The translations under genes were made by a program, and so were the position numbers. 61,599 nt of DNA, taken from Welwitschia mirabilis (taxonomy: Eukaryota). Under the pieces are notes generated by a model. It saw only the letters and a program-made list of their open reading frames with translations. It made no database searches and was not told the DNA's origin. This document shows positions 14,160-27,959 of this stretch, piece after piece. Where the stretch lies: positions 21,804,157 to 21,865,755 of the forward strand of contig JBOZIK010000001.1 in assembly GCA_051453625.1 (NCBI GenBank). The letters are read 5' to 3'. Each line of letters begins with the position of its first letter. Position 1 is the stretch's first letter.

Positions 14160-15557
14160 TTTTAATCATGAAAGTATGTATTTCGTTACTTTTATCATAA
14201 ATTATAAAGTATGCACTTTTACATGATAAATCCAAGTACCTAATAGCATAATGATGCATCGTGCCAAATTAGCTCTAAATTATCATGCTGAACTTATTAT
14301 GAAATGACATATGATAGGACATTATGATTCATATCAATTATTGCACCCTACTCATCTAAGATCCTCAAAAACACTTGGCATCGATAAGGTAGATACATGG
14401 CACTGATGTAGTAGACAAGTAGTAGTAACTTAGTAGTGAAGTGATGATCATAACTGATAGTGACATATGGTAGTGGTATCAACACAATTGGTGTTAGCAT
14501 TAGTTAGAAGTTTTTTGACTAAGAACCACAATTTAAAGGAATGATGATGATTGTCTATCAAATCCTAACCTAATGCTATAGGATGAATCTCCCACCAAAT
14601 GCTAAATGACAAAGCACTAAAAGATGAAGATTCCACCTAATGCTATAAGATAAGGTATCTTAACCTTCATCTAAAGCTATAGGACAAAATCTTATCTACC
14701 TAATGCTAAATAACAAAGATCCTACTTAATTCTATAGGATGAAGTCCATCCATCTCACCTAATACTACAAGCTAAGGAACCTAACTATATCCCCTTTTAG
14801 CTTCACTTATAAAAGGACCTTAAAGCCCCTCATTGTAATAGCACTTCCTCTTTAGTAAAAGTTCTATTGTACCTTGGCACAGTCTTTAGGACTATGTTTT
14901 GCTAAGTTCCCTTTGGAGCGAGCTAGCCTCAAGGTTAGTCCAAGGAGTTTGTACTTCATAATGCCTCTTTCTTATAATGTAAGATAATTGCTTTTATTTT
15001 ATGTTAGTAAAGTTAGTTTTATTTTCTTAATTTTAAGTGTGCCTTACTTCATACTTAGAATGCTTAATTACAAGCTATGAAAATGTCAAGTTATTTCCAC
15101 TAAGTGAGTTATTATGTTTTCTAGGCTACTAATAGTTATAAGTATTTAATGATTTTTAGGCTTAACTTTCTATCTATCATACTTATATTTAAACCAAAAA
15201 TTATGATAATTAATATGAAGGATTCAATTAATACTTAGGTGATGGATGAGATTATGCCATCATGCTCTAAGCTTAACAACTTAGCTAAGGAAAGATTTAA
15301 TGCATGTAATTATTATATATTCTAGAATTAAATTTTTATGTATAGATAACTCAAGCTAGATTAGAGTATTAGTTCATTCCTACTTTTTCTAATTGACATT
15401 TTCTTATAATCACATCTTAGATTTGGTTTTCTATTATTTGCATTTTACTTTGTACTTATTTATGTACTAACTTTTATGAGATAGCCACATTCATCCCTAT
15501 AAGCAAATAATATTAGGTTTTCCCTAGTTAAAATGGATAAAGAAAACAACTTTATCA
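14160..15557 (+). mobile_element. Athila-type 5' LTR (start truncated or approximate)
   Basis: Homologous to the solo LTR 35008-36433; TATA-like CTTATAAAAGG at ~14808; ends ...TTTATCA at 15557, followed by a PBS. Confidence 0.75.
14569..14785 (+). repeat. Imperfect tandem array (~8 copies of a CCTAATGCTA-AGGAT-like motif, units ~25-37 bp) in the LTR, just upstream of the TATA box
   Basis: cctaatgctatagga, ccaaatgctaaatga, cctaatgctataaga, ctaaagctatagga, cctaatgctaaataa, cttaattctatagga, cctaatactacaag. Confidence 0.85.
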
Positions 15558-15562
15558 ATTTT

Positions 15563-15581
15563 TGATGTCATTACTAGGGAT
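15563..15581 (+). promoter_or_regulatory. Eroded tRNA-Asp-type primer binding site
   Basis: TGATGTCATTACTAGGGAT versus the Athila PBS TGGCGCCGTTGCCGGGGAT: all 7 differences are C>T or G>A, and it directly follows the LTR end. Confidence 0.8.
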
Positions 15582-15895
15582 GATGATACTGTAAGTTTTT
15601 ATTAGTAGTACACAAGAGGTTTTGTTTCCCCCCTTACGTAGCTACATTTTCATTACTCTTTTCTTTCAATTCCAATTGTTAGTACTAGTCATTTTCAATG
15701 TTACACAAACAATTTTGTTCATTTTTGGATTTTTCTCTTTTTTCTAAAAGCATTTTAGTGGTTAATAGTAGTCTAATCTAGTATAACACAAACTAATCAT
15801 TTTTTTATTTTTAATTTCTAATACTAATAAATAAAAATACTATTACACAATTTTATGGTTAGTATGTTCTAGTTGACTTTCTTGTAAGTCTAACA

Positions 15896-17249
15896 TGTTC
15901 ATTATTTTACAATGAGTCAATTTATCTAAACTTACATTGAGAATCATTCTTTCCTTAGGGATAATATGAATATTGATTTAGATGTTTTGCACTACTTAAA
16001 CTTAATGTAAATTATATAATTTAAGAAAAGAAATAAGAGGAGAAAATTAAGTTAATGAATGTAATTTAAAACTTTAATTTAAGGGAGGAGAGAAGTAAGC
16101 TAGCTCCAAGGCATTATAGATTCATTCCTAGTAATCTTTCACTCTAAATTTATCCAATGCTTATCTTGCAACAAACTTAAAACCATAAAATATTTTGGCT
16201 TAGATTATGATGACATAATCTCATTTACTATATGAGTAATGGTAAACTTAATTACCACTTAATCTTCCTAGCCTAAAGATAATAATGGAAGGGAAGAATT
16301 CTAGTACTTAAAATCCATAAAACTAAAAGACTTGGATCAAGTATTAAAAGAAATTGCTTAAGTAAAAAGAAGCTTTATGGTTGAGTTACCACCTAAACAT
16401 TTCAAATATAAAGTAATTCATGATTTGAAATAAAAGGCAAATAACTTTATGTATTAAAGAAAGAAACATTTTATAAAAATGGAAGAAAGATGCTAGTGAA
16501 ACTTCTCAAGTGATCCTTAAAGACTAGCTAACTCCTCAAAGCATTACTTAGAATGACATTGTAATTGATGCTCCTAGGTTCTATAATTTTTCAAGCTAAA
16601 GATAATACAACAAAGGACTTAAGACCCTATTATAAGAAGATATGGGAGTCCATGGTGAGCACAAGCTATTGGCTTGAAGTGTTAAGTGGATAGTTACATA
16701 ATCACAACTTTAGATAGAATAGCTTATCATCTTTTTCATTTGGTGGAGATTCCTATGATGATGTCAATACTTGGCTCCTTATGTTATACCTACTGCCAAC
16801 TGTTATCATATTCATGTCTCTCCACCATCATCCTACTTAGCAATTCCACATGTCATTCTATGAATCCTCATCATCACCACCATGTGTTTTTAAGAATGCA
16901 ATTTATTTTTGATGTGAAACTTGACCATGCCCATAAGTACAATTCAATCTAATTTTCCATGATATGTCAGGAATGTGAGATTTACAATATTCAACATAAA
17001 AAGACTAGCAACACCAATAGTTCTAGATAGTGGCATTGGCATTTGAGCTCCAATGATCTTCATTTTTAGGCATGTTTTTTAGTTAAGCATAATTAATCTA
17101 AAAACATCACGGTCACATGATAAGTTCATAAATCATATGAAAATCAATAGACGACATGTTTTTATGATAAAAACAATGATATTATTATATTCCATTAACA
17201 TTAACTAGTCATTTAACTTGATCATAATGTCAATTTTTACATGTTAACA
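15896..17249 (-). mobile_element. 3' LTR of a minus-strand Athila-like gag-PR element
   Basis: Bounded by TGTTC... and ...TGTTAACA; minus-strand PPT GTTAGGGGACG at 17250-17260; direct repeat of 26996-27790; related to 36491-37874. Confidence 0.85.
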
Positions 17250-18899
17250 CGTCCCCTAACTAATATTTTGCTAGTACCTTAGCAAAATGTTGATAGCAAA
17301 GTGGTTTAAGATGGAAAAATTGTCAACGTTTAAAGTGCTTAAGTGTGCAAATGATATAACTTTAAAAACTTTCATGACTAATTTTTTATAATAAGGCATT
17401 AAAATGAAAAATTTGATGTAAAATTAGATGTCATACCCCTTAATCAAAAGTCAACTTTTTCCTTAAATTTATATAATAACAAGTGTTAAAGTTATTTTAA
17501 GAACATAGTTTTAGATGGATTGCAATGAGTTATTTTATTAAAAATTATGCAAAATGATGCAAATACTAAGAGAAAGGAAATACTCACTATAGTGAAACAA
17601 CATTTTATTAAGTTCTAAGTGGAAAGTTAATTCATAAAAATGGTTAATGCCTTAGGATTTATTTCTCATGAATTAGAGGTAAAGTGAAATGGATGATGGA
17701 TATATAAAATGAACATGTGTTTAAAGGACTTAATCAAAAACTAATGAATAAACAAATAAAATTTCCTAAGCTAGTGACCCTTATTATAAATTTTATTTAT
17801 TTTAGTAGATCCCAAAATCAACTAAGCATAATTTTAACTAAGTAAATTATATGAATTGTAGAAATCATCGCAAATATTAGGTATAAAGGTTAAAAGGCGT
17901 CATATCGCATAAAGCCTCTAATTCCCATCTTTTTAATTCCATTATTTTTTGTTTCTACCAGTGTATATGTCCTTAGTCTAAGCCCTTGAATCACATTGAG
18001 CATCTTGTATTATGACATTTTTTTCCAATAGAGTTAAGCATGTTGTTTTATGTAGAAATTAATATTGCATTATCAACAAGCATTTATAGCCCTGATGTAG
18101 TTGATTATGTCATAAAATATATTATTGGAGTTGCATTGTTAGTGAGATCCATAGCCCTAGTGTAGTTAACTAAACCCAATTAAGTGATTAAAATAATATG
18201 TGTTTGAAGAAAAGATATGTTATTTTCTTTTTTTCATCTTTTCATATTCAGTTTTATGCACATTTGATGGGTCATTGGCTCATCATCCTAATCGATATAA
18301 ATATTATTCCCAATAAAGGATTTAGACTTAATAAATACATAAAAAGGTAAATCCCACCTTTTCAAAAAAGTTTTAACAAAATTTAAGACCCTAAGTGAAT
18401 GTGATTTTAACTAATAAACTCAAAATAAGCATACTTTTCCTTAAAACCCATAAGTAAACTTGATCTTAACCATTACTCAAGTAATAGTGAGATCACTTAT
18501 TATTGATTTTTGATTAAGGTCCACTAACTTGGGTTAGTAAGTCTCATAAACTCATAATTTGATGGCTAAAGTGAATGTTTTGTGGACTTAATGAGATGGT
18601 TTAAAATGTATTTGATGAATAAAAACATTTAAAAGGGTGTATGATGAGTGATGTCATGGGGTATTTAAGAGAAAATTATCATTTTTGGCAAAAGTTGATC
18701 ATTTATAGGATGACTTATTGCAAAAGACTCAAAAGGATTGTAACTATTAGTTTTGGAGTTAGAGAAGTAATATGTAAATGATGGCATAAGATGAGAAAAA
18801 TTAGGCTCTTTAGGAGAATATTTTGAGTTACAAATTTCATTAACCATATTAACCTCTTTAAAATCACCTACTAATTTTATTATATTAAAAATGTTTAAG

Positions 18900-20900
18900 G
18901 TCATATTACTAAATGATATCTTCAATGAAAGAATTAGAAGTGCAAGAAAAAGGTCATCCTAAAATGATAGGTATTGTGTTATGTTTGATTGCATCCATTT
19001 CTAAAATGATGAATTCTACCAGGAAATAACATTTATTGACTTAAACTATTACATCTTCAACCATATTTAATGGTAACTTCATAGATTTATTATTTAACTA
19101 CAATTGGATCTTAGTTCATTTAAGGTCTTCTAAGCTAAGTTCCATGTCATATAATGGGATATGATGTTGATACTTGCTCTTGAATCTAACAATGCTTTCT
19201 TGATGTTTTTATCTCCAATTGTAAGGCTCATTGTTAGGAAACCAGGAGTTTTGTACTTAGGCAAAAACTAATTTTGGATGATTATGCGTATTTATTACAC
19301 TAAAAAGGATTTGTTCTTAACACCCATAAATTTCTTTATAATTTAGATGTCCTTAAGGAGCTTTGCATATGAGAGTGTCTTTTTAATTACTTCTAAAAGA
19401 GCCATATTGATTTTAACTTTCTTAAAAATTTCTAAGGCCTTAAGTTTCTATTTTAAAAGTCCTCCTAATAAGACATTGGAAAAAAGGCAAAGGCTCTTTG
19501 TATATGGGTAAAGGTTCTTCTAAGTCTTTTACCTTTTCTTTATTTAAAGCTTGGAGGAAGGATAAAATATTCTTGGTAAAAAGTTATGTCTTTTTATTTT
19601 ACCTTCCCTTCATCTTTAGAATTACTTTAAGTTAAACCTTGATTAACTTTATGCCACTTATAAGGTAAATTGCTTTGTTTGTTTTAAGTATCTTAATTCT
19701 TCTTTTACAAGCCTAACTCTGTTGGGATTTGGTTGAGTACTCACTGATAGTTTTCTTCTTTCTCTTTTATTTATGATAAAGAGAGTTTGGATTTGGGTTT
19801 ATTAGATTAATTAAGGAATTTGTAAGATGGATTGCATGTTTCGCATGATATTGGATAATGATGAGGAATGTTGTTTAAGAATGGATCCATAGGTATGATT
19901 AATTTTGACTTGATTTTCCATGAGTGTACTTACTAATTACTTAAAAGGAGTGGATGAAGATGATTTTTAGTAATTGAATGGAAAAGGATGATAAATAAAA
20001 TTGATTTCTTAGTTAACTAATTTTATTTTCTTATCTCTAAGAAAACTTAGGATGATTCCTCCACCCAGGGTTAAATGAGTTTGAAAATGGGTCATTTTTC
20101 ATGTTTTTTAACTATCGCTCTACTACATTAACCTTTTCATTAACGATATTTTAAAACAAGATGATGCATGTGTATTTGACTATTTTTTGGGTATCAATGT
20201 GGTAAATAAGACATTCTACCTTTACAACCATGGATGAAGGTAAAGACGAGGTGTTAAGAATTATACTCTTCAAGCTAATTTATTTATCTTATTATTCACT
20301 TCAAAATTTTTGGGAAATTTAACACACTTGTGGATCTAATAGGATGGCAAGTTCTAGATGATTCTATGAACTTCTTCCAAATTTTGGAACTCTTAGCTAC
20401 ACTTATCATCTCAATAAGTTATTTATTTTTTGTGAATGATACATCATAGGTAAAGCTTATCTCCCTCCTTGGCTCAAATCCATGTTGAGGGAATTTTTGT
20501 AAAAGGTATTTGAATCCCTCTAAGATTTGTAAAAATGTTTTATATTTCTTCTAATGGAAGTTCATGATTTCTTTTCTTAAGGAATTTGTCTCATGATTGA
20601 AAATGAATTTGAAGATGAAAACATTATTTAGATCAATCTAAGCTATTATAGAATAGGTTCTAAGGGTGTATAACCAAGATTTTACCTTTATTCCAAGAAA
20701 AACCAAAATAAGATAAGCCTAAGAGCATCATAAATGTTTTGATATTAGGGAATAGTTGATAGGATACGTTCAAATTCTTTAAGGTAAAGGTATGTATCCT
20801 TAGACTCTATTCCATGTAAATGAGGTAGAAATTATACAGTAAAAGGTTTAAACTCTAACCTTTATTTTATAAATGGTAACATGATGCATTAATGTATTCT
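18900..20900 (-). pseudogene. Athila-like gag-protease, copy C
   Basis: KTFLQILEGFKYLLQKFPQHGF (gag), NSFNPGWRNHPKF (~20060), ALLDSRASINI (protease, ~19180), MVEDVIV*VNKCYFLVEFIILEM..PIILG*PFLA. Confidence 0.9.
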
Positions 20901-21152
20901 TAGGCATTGCAACTAGATATAATTAAAAAGGGTTTATCTAGATTGGTTAGCAGCAGTAGTGGCTTATTGTTTAGCTACTCTTGTGTAAGGTACTAGGTCA
21001 TTGATTAGGTAATTAGGTCTTGTGTCATATCCCATATTTTGTAAACCTTAATTACTTGAATACTAAGTATATTAAGCTTTTAATTAGATGATGAATAACT
21101 CTTCTTTAAAGGCCTTATCAAAATAAGATAGTATTTTAAATTAACCTTAGTT

Positions 21153-23497
21153 TGTAATTTTCATAATTTATCATGAAAATGATAATAATTTAGTTAGAAG
21201 GTTTTTATGAGAAAAGCTATCCAAAAACGTTTAAAATTAGATAAACCCATTATGTAAGAGATTAAAATCACATCATAAAACTAATAAATTAAAAATATAA
21301 AGAGTACATAATAATATATCTTACATCTTATTTACTCATTTAAACTCTTGGTAACATGATAGGTGTACTATATTATGAATAGATATTTTCTTCCTTGTAT
21401 TATGTGATTCATAGATCTTATTCATTACAAAATAAATGAGGTTATGAATAAGTACATGCACTCTTACCCCTATAGCCAACAATGATAAATGAGTAGATTT
21501 AATTTACCATGAATTTTATCTTTTTGAGATGTGTAAGGGCACTTGATTCATAGCATATTAATCATTTAATTCATGGGAACTGAAGAGTCTATCTCATTAT
21601 GTCATATGAAGATTTTGAAATTTGTGCATTAATTCTTTTGATGTGTATCTTGGATGATTTAAACTTAGTTATGAACCTATGAATGATTAAGAAGAAGCCA
21701 GCATAAGAAAACTATGCATGTAATTAATCTTGCTAATTAAAGAAAGAAAATTACTCATCCTAGTTAGGTGCATAAGTCATAAATATGATTACTCTTTTTA
21801 TAATTCAATGTTACATATTATGCATCCTAGTTATCAATGATAAATTATGTGATCTCATGACCTTAAGCTGTGTGCCCTTTATTTATCTATCTATAGAGAT
21901 CTTTTCCTTTATTGTAAAGAAAAGAGATACTTTTCATTTTTCAATGCAAGTTCGTTTCATTCTTTTCTCTCTATTTATTTTACTATATTTCTTTTTGGAG
22001 CTTGGAGCAAAGGACTCTTAAGCTTGAATCTTTAATAATCTTTAGCTATTAAGGAATTATTAATCTGTTCAAGTAAACTCTTTACTCATGTTATTCATAG
22101 GGTCTCTTTTAATATTTTAGTAAAATGATTTTATATTACATTAGATCAATATTTATGATATATCATAAGAATATGTTATTCCCTCCCATTGACTCTTATC
22201 AATATAGAGGAGATATGAGAGGTCTGTAATGCTTACTAATTAAGGTCACTAATGCATGATTATAACCAAGTAAACACTTTGGGGATTNNNNNNNNNNNNN
22301 NNNNNNNNNNNNNNNNNNNNNNNNNNNNNNNNNNNNNNNNNNNNNNNNNNNNNNNNNNNNNNNNNNNNNNNNNNNNNNNNNNNNNNNCATTTAAAATTAG
22401 ATAATCTCATTATGTAAGGAATTAAAATCACAGAAATTGAAAACTCCAAGAGGCCATAATAATATATTTTACATCTACTTTACTCATTTAGATTCTTAAT
22501 AAATATGATAGGTGTACTATATTAAGAATAAATATTTTATTCCTTTTATTATGTGATTGAATAAATATTACAAATAAATATGTAATTAATAAATATTTTC
22601 TTATCTAAAACCAAGAATGATAAATGAGTAAATCTGCTTTACCATAACTTTTATGTTTTTGAGATGTGTAAGGGCACTTTGTTTATAGCATACTCATTAT
22701 TTTATTCATTGAAATTGAAGAGTTTGTCTCATTATGCCATATGAGAATTTTGAGATTTGTGCATTTATTCTTTTGATGCATGTCCTAGATGAACTACACT
22801 TACTTATTAATCTATAAAGGATTAAAAAGAATTAGCATAAAAAAATGATGCATGTAATTAATCTTACTAATTAAAGCAAGAAGATTACTCATCCTAGTTA
22901 GGTGCACGAGTCATAAATATGATCTCTTTTTTTACTCTAATGTTACTTATTACTTATCTCACTTATAAATGTTAAATCATGTGATATTATGATTTTGAAC
23001 TATGTNNNNNNNNNNNNNNNNNNNNNNNNNNNNNNNNNNNNNNNNNNNNNNNNNNNNNNNNNNNNNNNNNNNNNNNNNNNNNNNNNNNNNNNNNNNNNNN
23101 NNNNNNNNNNNNNNNNNNNNNNNNNNNNNNNNNNNNNNNNNNNNNNNNNNNNNNNNNNNNNNNNNNNNNNNNNNNNNNNNNNNNNNNNNNNNNNNNNTCT
23201 TGAAGCTAACAAACTCTTGAGCTTGGATCTTCATCAATCTTCAACTATCAAGGTCTTACTAATATTGCCAAGTAAGATCTTTACTCTTATTATCTATATG
23301 AATTTTTTCCTATTGGAATGATGTGTTATTAAATTAGGAAATTATTGATGGCTTTTATGAAATTATGTTACAAAATATTATTCCCTCCCATTGGATCTTA
23401 CCAAGATGTTCTAGTGAGATGTGAGAGGTTTCTTGTGCTTGGTAGTGGAGGACTACTAATAGATGATTATGGTCAAGTGATGAGGGGGTTTACTACA
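21153..23497 (+). repeat. Two diverged ~1.1 kb direct repeats (~21153-22287 and ~22390-23497) either side of a ~100-N gap; LTR-like
   Basis: Colinear blocks such as atgataggtgtactatatt, tttttgagatgtgtaagggcact and ttactcatcctagttaggtgca. The second copy ends GGGGGTTTACTACA, an LTR-like terminus. Confidence 0.75.
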
Positions 23498-26400
23498 AAC
23501 TAAGAAAAGAAAATTGGGTGCTCATATTTATTTAAATATTATATTTTTTTTAATCTATTGTGCATTAGAGCCATCTTATTAAGGGCAAAGTTTGATCCTC
23601 AAAAATCTCTTTAGGCCAGTACTCTTACATGGAAATCCCAAGGCTCATAGTAAATGGTTCTTTTCGAATTGATATGATTTTTCTTTTTACAATGATTTGA
23701 ATTAGTAACTTAGTTAAGTTATTCTATAAGTAATTAGTTAGTATATCAATTATTTTTCTAATCTAATTTATTGCTTAAGTAGTTGTAGAGACTTTATCAT
23801 ATTTTTGTTATAGCAAAAATTAAATTTCTAGAATAGAGGCATAGGGCAAAAGCATCACATTTTATTAATTAGTAGGTATAAATTAGTGAATTTATTTATG
23901 ATTCTAAGATTGTATTATAAACATCAAAATGTAAAAATAGTAATCTTTTAATAGGTACTTATTTTTAAAAGTTTATTTGTTAAAATACATTAGAAAATAA
24001 ATGCAAAAATTAGTAAGTAAGTATATTATGTTTCTATACCTATCTATTAAAATAACTATAAACTTAAGCATTTTAAATTGTAGGAAACTGAATAAGATTT
24101 CCAAAACATATTGAATAAGTTAAAAACTCAAAGTACTTTGAAAGTTATCATCATTTTAGTGTAGTGCAGTAGGACTATAATTTTAGAAAACTTGGCAGTT
24201 TTTAGCTTAGATGGTTACCTTAAAATAATATTTTTAAAAATTTAAGATAGCTTAATCAGATTCTAAGAACCTATTATATGTCTAGTTTCTAAATAACTAC
24301 TATGATTTATTTTTTTTCTTCATAATTAATTAACTATTAATTTTTAACTATGATGTCTTCTTAGAGCCCAAAAATGTTATAATTAATGTTTAAANNNNNN
24401 NNNNNNNNNNNNNNNNNNNNNNNNNNNNNNNNNNNNNNNNNNNNNNNNNNNNNNNNNNNNNNNNNNNNNNNNNNNNNNNNNNNNNNNNNNNNNNNNNNNN
24501 NNNNNNNNNNNNNNNNNNNNNNNNNNNNNNNNNNNNNNNNNNNNNNNNNNNNNNNNNNNNNNNNNNNNNNNNNNNNNNNNNNNNNNNNNNNNNNNNNNNN
24601 NNNNNNNNNNNNNNNNNNNNNNNNNNNNNNNNNNNNNNNNNNNNNNNNNNNNNNNNNNNNNNNNNNNNNNNNNNNNNNNNNNNNNNNNNNNNNNNNNNNN
24701 NNNNNNNNNNNNNNNNNNNNNNNNNNNNNNNNNNNNNNNNNNNNNNNNNNNNNNNNNNNNNNNNNNNNNNNNNNNNNNNNNNNNNNNNNNACATTATTAA
24801 GATGTTATTTAACATATTTTAAATATTTTTATTATTATTGAAAGGAAAAAAAGACTTTTTGCTTTATTTAGATATTAAATATTTTTATTATTATTTTAAA
24901 TATTTAACATTTTAAATATTTTTATTATTATTAAAAGGAATCTAGATTTTTATTATTATAATCTTGAATATATAAATGTTCTGGTATGCTTGCTTTCTTT
25001 TTATGATTGTTTCTATAAAATGAACAAAATGATAATTAAAATTATNNNNNNNNNNNNNNNNNNNNNNNNNNNNNNNNNNNNNNNNNNNNNNNNNNNNNNN
25101 NNNNNNNNNNNNNNNNNNNNNNNNNNNNNNNNNNNNNNNNNNNNNAATGAACCAAATGATAATTAAAATTATTATAACTAGGTAAATAATCCATTAAATA
25201 TCCACATTAGTTAGAATTATTTGCATGCATTTGTATAATGTATTCATCAAATAGGACTAACTCAAAATAATTCTAATAACATTCATTTGTACACTTGGAT
25301 TTCATCACCAAGGTGGGTTGCATTATATTTTTTTTATAATACACTTTTGGAAGTGTATTTAATTACCACTCTCCTCCCTACTTATGTATGAACTTACTCC
25401 AACTCAATATCTTGAGCCCTTGGCATTGATCGATCATGTTAACCATTCAGAGATGCTTCAAGGAAGTAAGGGTCATTTGTAAGGATGCATCCATCTTATT
25501 TACTACTTGTCACATCTATTGCAAGTATATTGAGGTGAAGTGAAAGCCTATGAAGTTGAGCATAGCCATGTTTTTATAGTTTATAACCTGAAGTAGAACC
25601 AACTCATGTCTAAAGGATGGCTAAATATCAAGTTGGAATGCCATTAATTAGAGTTACAACCTCCTATTATATTATTTAGGTATTAACCTTAAAACTTATC
25701 CATGTATGTTGTCAATAAGTTTACATCTTCCCAACTATTTATAAGATATCTTTTATGTGATAAAAGACTAGGAATAAATGGAGAACACAAACTTATGACA
25801 TTACTATTATTTTTAAATTAAAATAATTAATAAATTAATTATAGATAAATATATAATATCATTATGATTTGTCTTTCTTAGAATATAGAAATTCTAAATA
25901 AGGAGTAAGTAGAATTTGATCTTAAGTTTCGTTGTATCTATTAGGTAATAATATTAAAGAAGGAAGAAAGAGAAAAGGGGAAAAGCAAAAAAAATAGTGC
26001 ATAATTAGGATAAGAGAAGAGTGGGTGTCACATCTTGAGTAGATGTAACACCTTTAATTATGTCATTTATATTGTGTTATTACTATTGTTAGGATGAGAG
26101 ATCTTGCTAATTATTACTTTAATTGTTTTGAGAGAAGGAGGCTTATTTTTGTTGAGAATCTTTAGAAGGTTGTTTTTATTTTGTTACATGTTTCTTAGTT
26201 CTAAGAGTAGTCCATGTTGCTTAAAGAATTTCTAACTGATCTTTTGGATTTATTAAAGCATGCAAGAATAGGTTTTAGGAATGTTTTAGATAAGTTAGTT
26301 TTTCTCTGATCCTATAAGTCATAGAGGTTTCTAGGTCTACGCAAAGGGTTCTATCAAAAGATCAAACTATTGTGCTTGTAAAAACTAGTAACGCTGGTTA

Positions 26401-26971
26401 AAATAGGTAGTAGTATTGGTTGGAATGCAATTTATAAACTCCATAAATTTATAGAACTTCACAGATACCTTACATATTAATTAACATGTCAAGGTCATAG
26501 CAAATTTTAACAAAAATAAAGAATGTGATCAAAATAAAATCTAAATATTAATATAATTATGAAATTTTTAAAAATATTTTAATGTTTTGTAGTGCAAAAA
26601 ATTCACGAAACTTAAACGCAAAAAAAAATGCAAAAAATAATAGGAAGCATGTAACATTAGTTTAAAATTTTAGTTTTTAAGTTTTTTACTCCTTAAGGTG
26701 GCCTACAAATAAAACATTAGAACTGCAAAACAAAGCATATTAGACTAAAATAAAAAATAGACTTAAAAATAAACTAGATCAATTTTGGCTTCATTGGAGT
26801 GCCTAGTACAACCATTAGAAGGAAAACTATATAAATACACAAAAGAAAAGAAAAACAAACTAGTTTGGGTATCACTAAAAAGAATCAGTACCCACCACTA
26901 GAAAAATAAAAACTATTTAAAACTTTATAAAAAATTAAAGTAGTACTCCTCTTAGCTATTATTGTATCATT

Positions 26972-26990
26972 ATCTCCTACTATGCCACCA
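26972..26990 (-). promoter_or_regulatory. Eroded tRNA-Asp-type PBS of the minus-strand element
   Basis: Reverse complement TGGTGGCATAGTAGGAGAT, adjacent to the LTR end at 26996. Confidence 0.6.
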
Positions 26991-26995
26991 AAATA

Positions 26996-27790
26996 TATTC
27001 ATTATTTTATAATTATTGGACCTATCTAAATTTACACTCAGAATCATTCTTTCCTCAAGGATATCATCGGTATTAGTCTATAAGTTTTGCACTACTTAAA
27101 ATTATTACAAGTTATAAAATTTAATAAAAGAAAGAAGAGGAGAACAAGAAGTTGATGAATGTGGTTTAAAAATTTGACTTGATAGAGAAGAGAAGTAAGC
27201 TAACTTTAAGGCATCACCAACTCATTCCTAGTAATCATTCACTTCAAAGCTATCCAATACTTCTCCTATCACACACTTAAAACCATTAAGTGTTATGGCT
27301 TAGATCATGATGACATAATCTCATTTACCATATGAGTAATGGTGAACTTAATTACCACTTATTCTTCTAAGCCTAAAAATAATAATTAAAGGTAAGGCCT
27401 CTAGTAATTAAAATTTATGAAACTAAAAGACTTAGATTAAGTGTTGAAAGAGCTCACTAAAATAAAAGGAAGCTTAATGGTTAAGTTGCTATCTGAACAT
27501 TTCAAATATAAAGTGACTCATGATTTGAAATAGAAGGTAAATAACTTTATATATTAGAGAAAAAAGTACTTTACAATAATGGTAGAAAGATGATGGTGAA
27601 ACTCCTCAAGCAATCCTTGAAAACTATCTCACTTCCGAAAGAGTTTTTTAGAATGCCATCATCACTTATGTTCTAAGGTTCTATAATTCTCAAAGTTAAA
27701 GATAATATAATAAATGGTTCAAGACCATTTTATATGGAGAGGTAGGGGTAAGGAGTGGTTAAAAGCTTTTGGCTTTTAGTATTAGATGGA
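26996..27790 (-). mobile_element. Truncated 5' LTR of the minus-strand gag-PR element (element spans ~15896-27790)
   Basis: Clear direct repeat of 15896-16690 (e.g. atgatgacataatctcattta..atatgagtaatggt..acttaattaccactt); homology stops at ~27790. Confidence 0.8.
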
Positions 27791-27959
27791 CTGTCTTAAT
27801 TATAATGTTCTATAATTCATGTATGATTTTAACTCTTATAAAATGAAACATTGCTTTTTTAGATTATTATGTAAACTATCTTGATACTTGAAAAGATAAT
27901 TTATGTCTTATTCTTGTGACATATTTAAAACTTCAAATATTTTATGAAAATGATAATTT

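Noticed and set aside
21148..23502. TSD for the tandem LTR-like pair
   Set aside because: Flanks TAGTT and AACTA are not direct repeats, so the left boundary stays uncertain.
25017..25172. Near-identical ~27-bp repeat flanking a 100-N gap
   Set aside because: Most likely the same assembly artefact.
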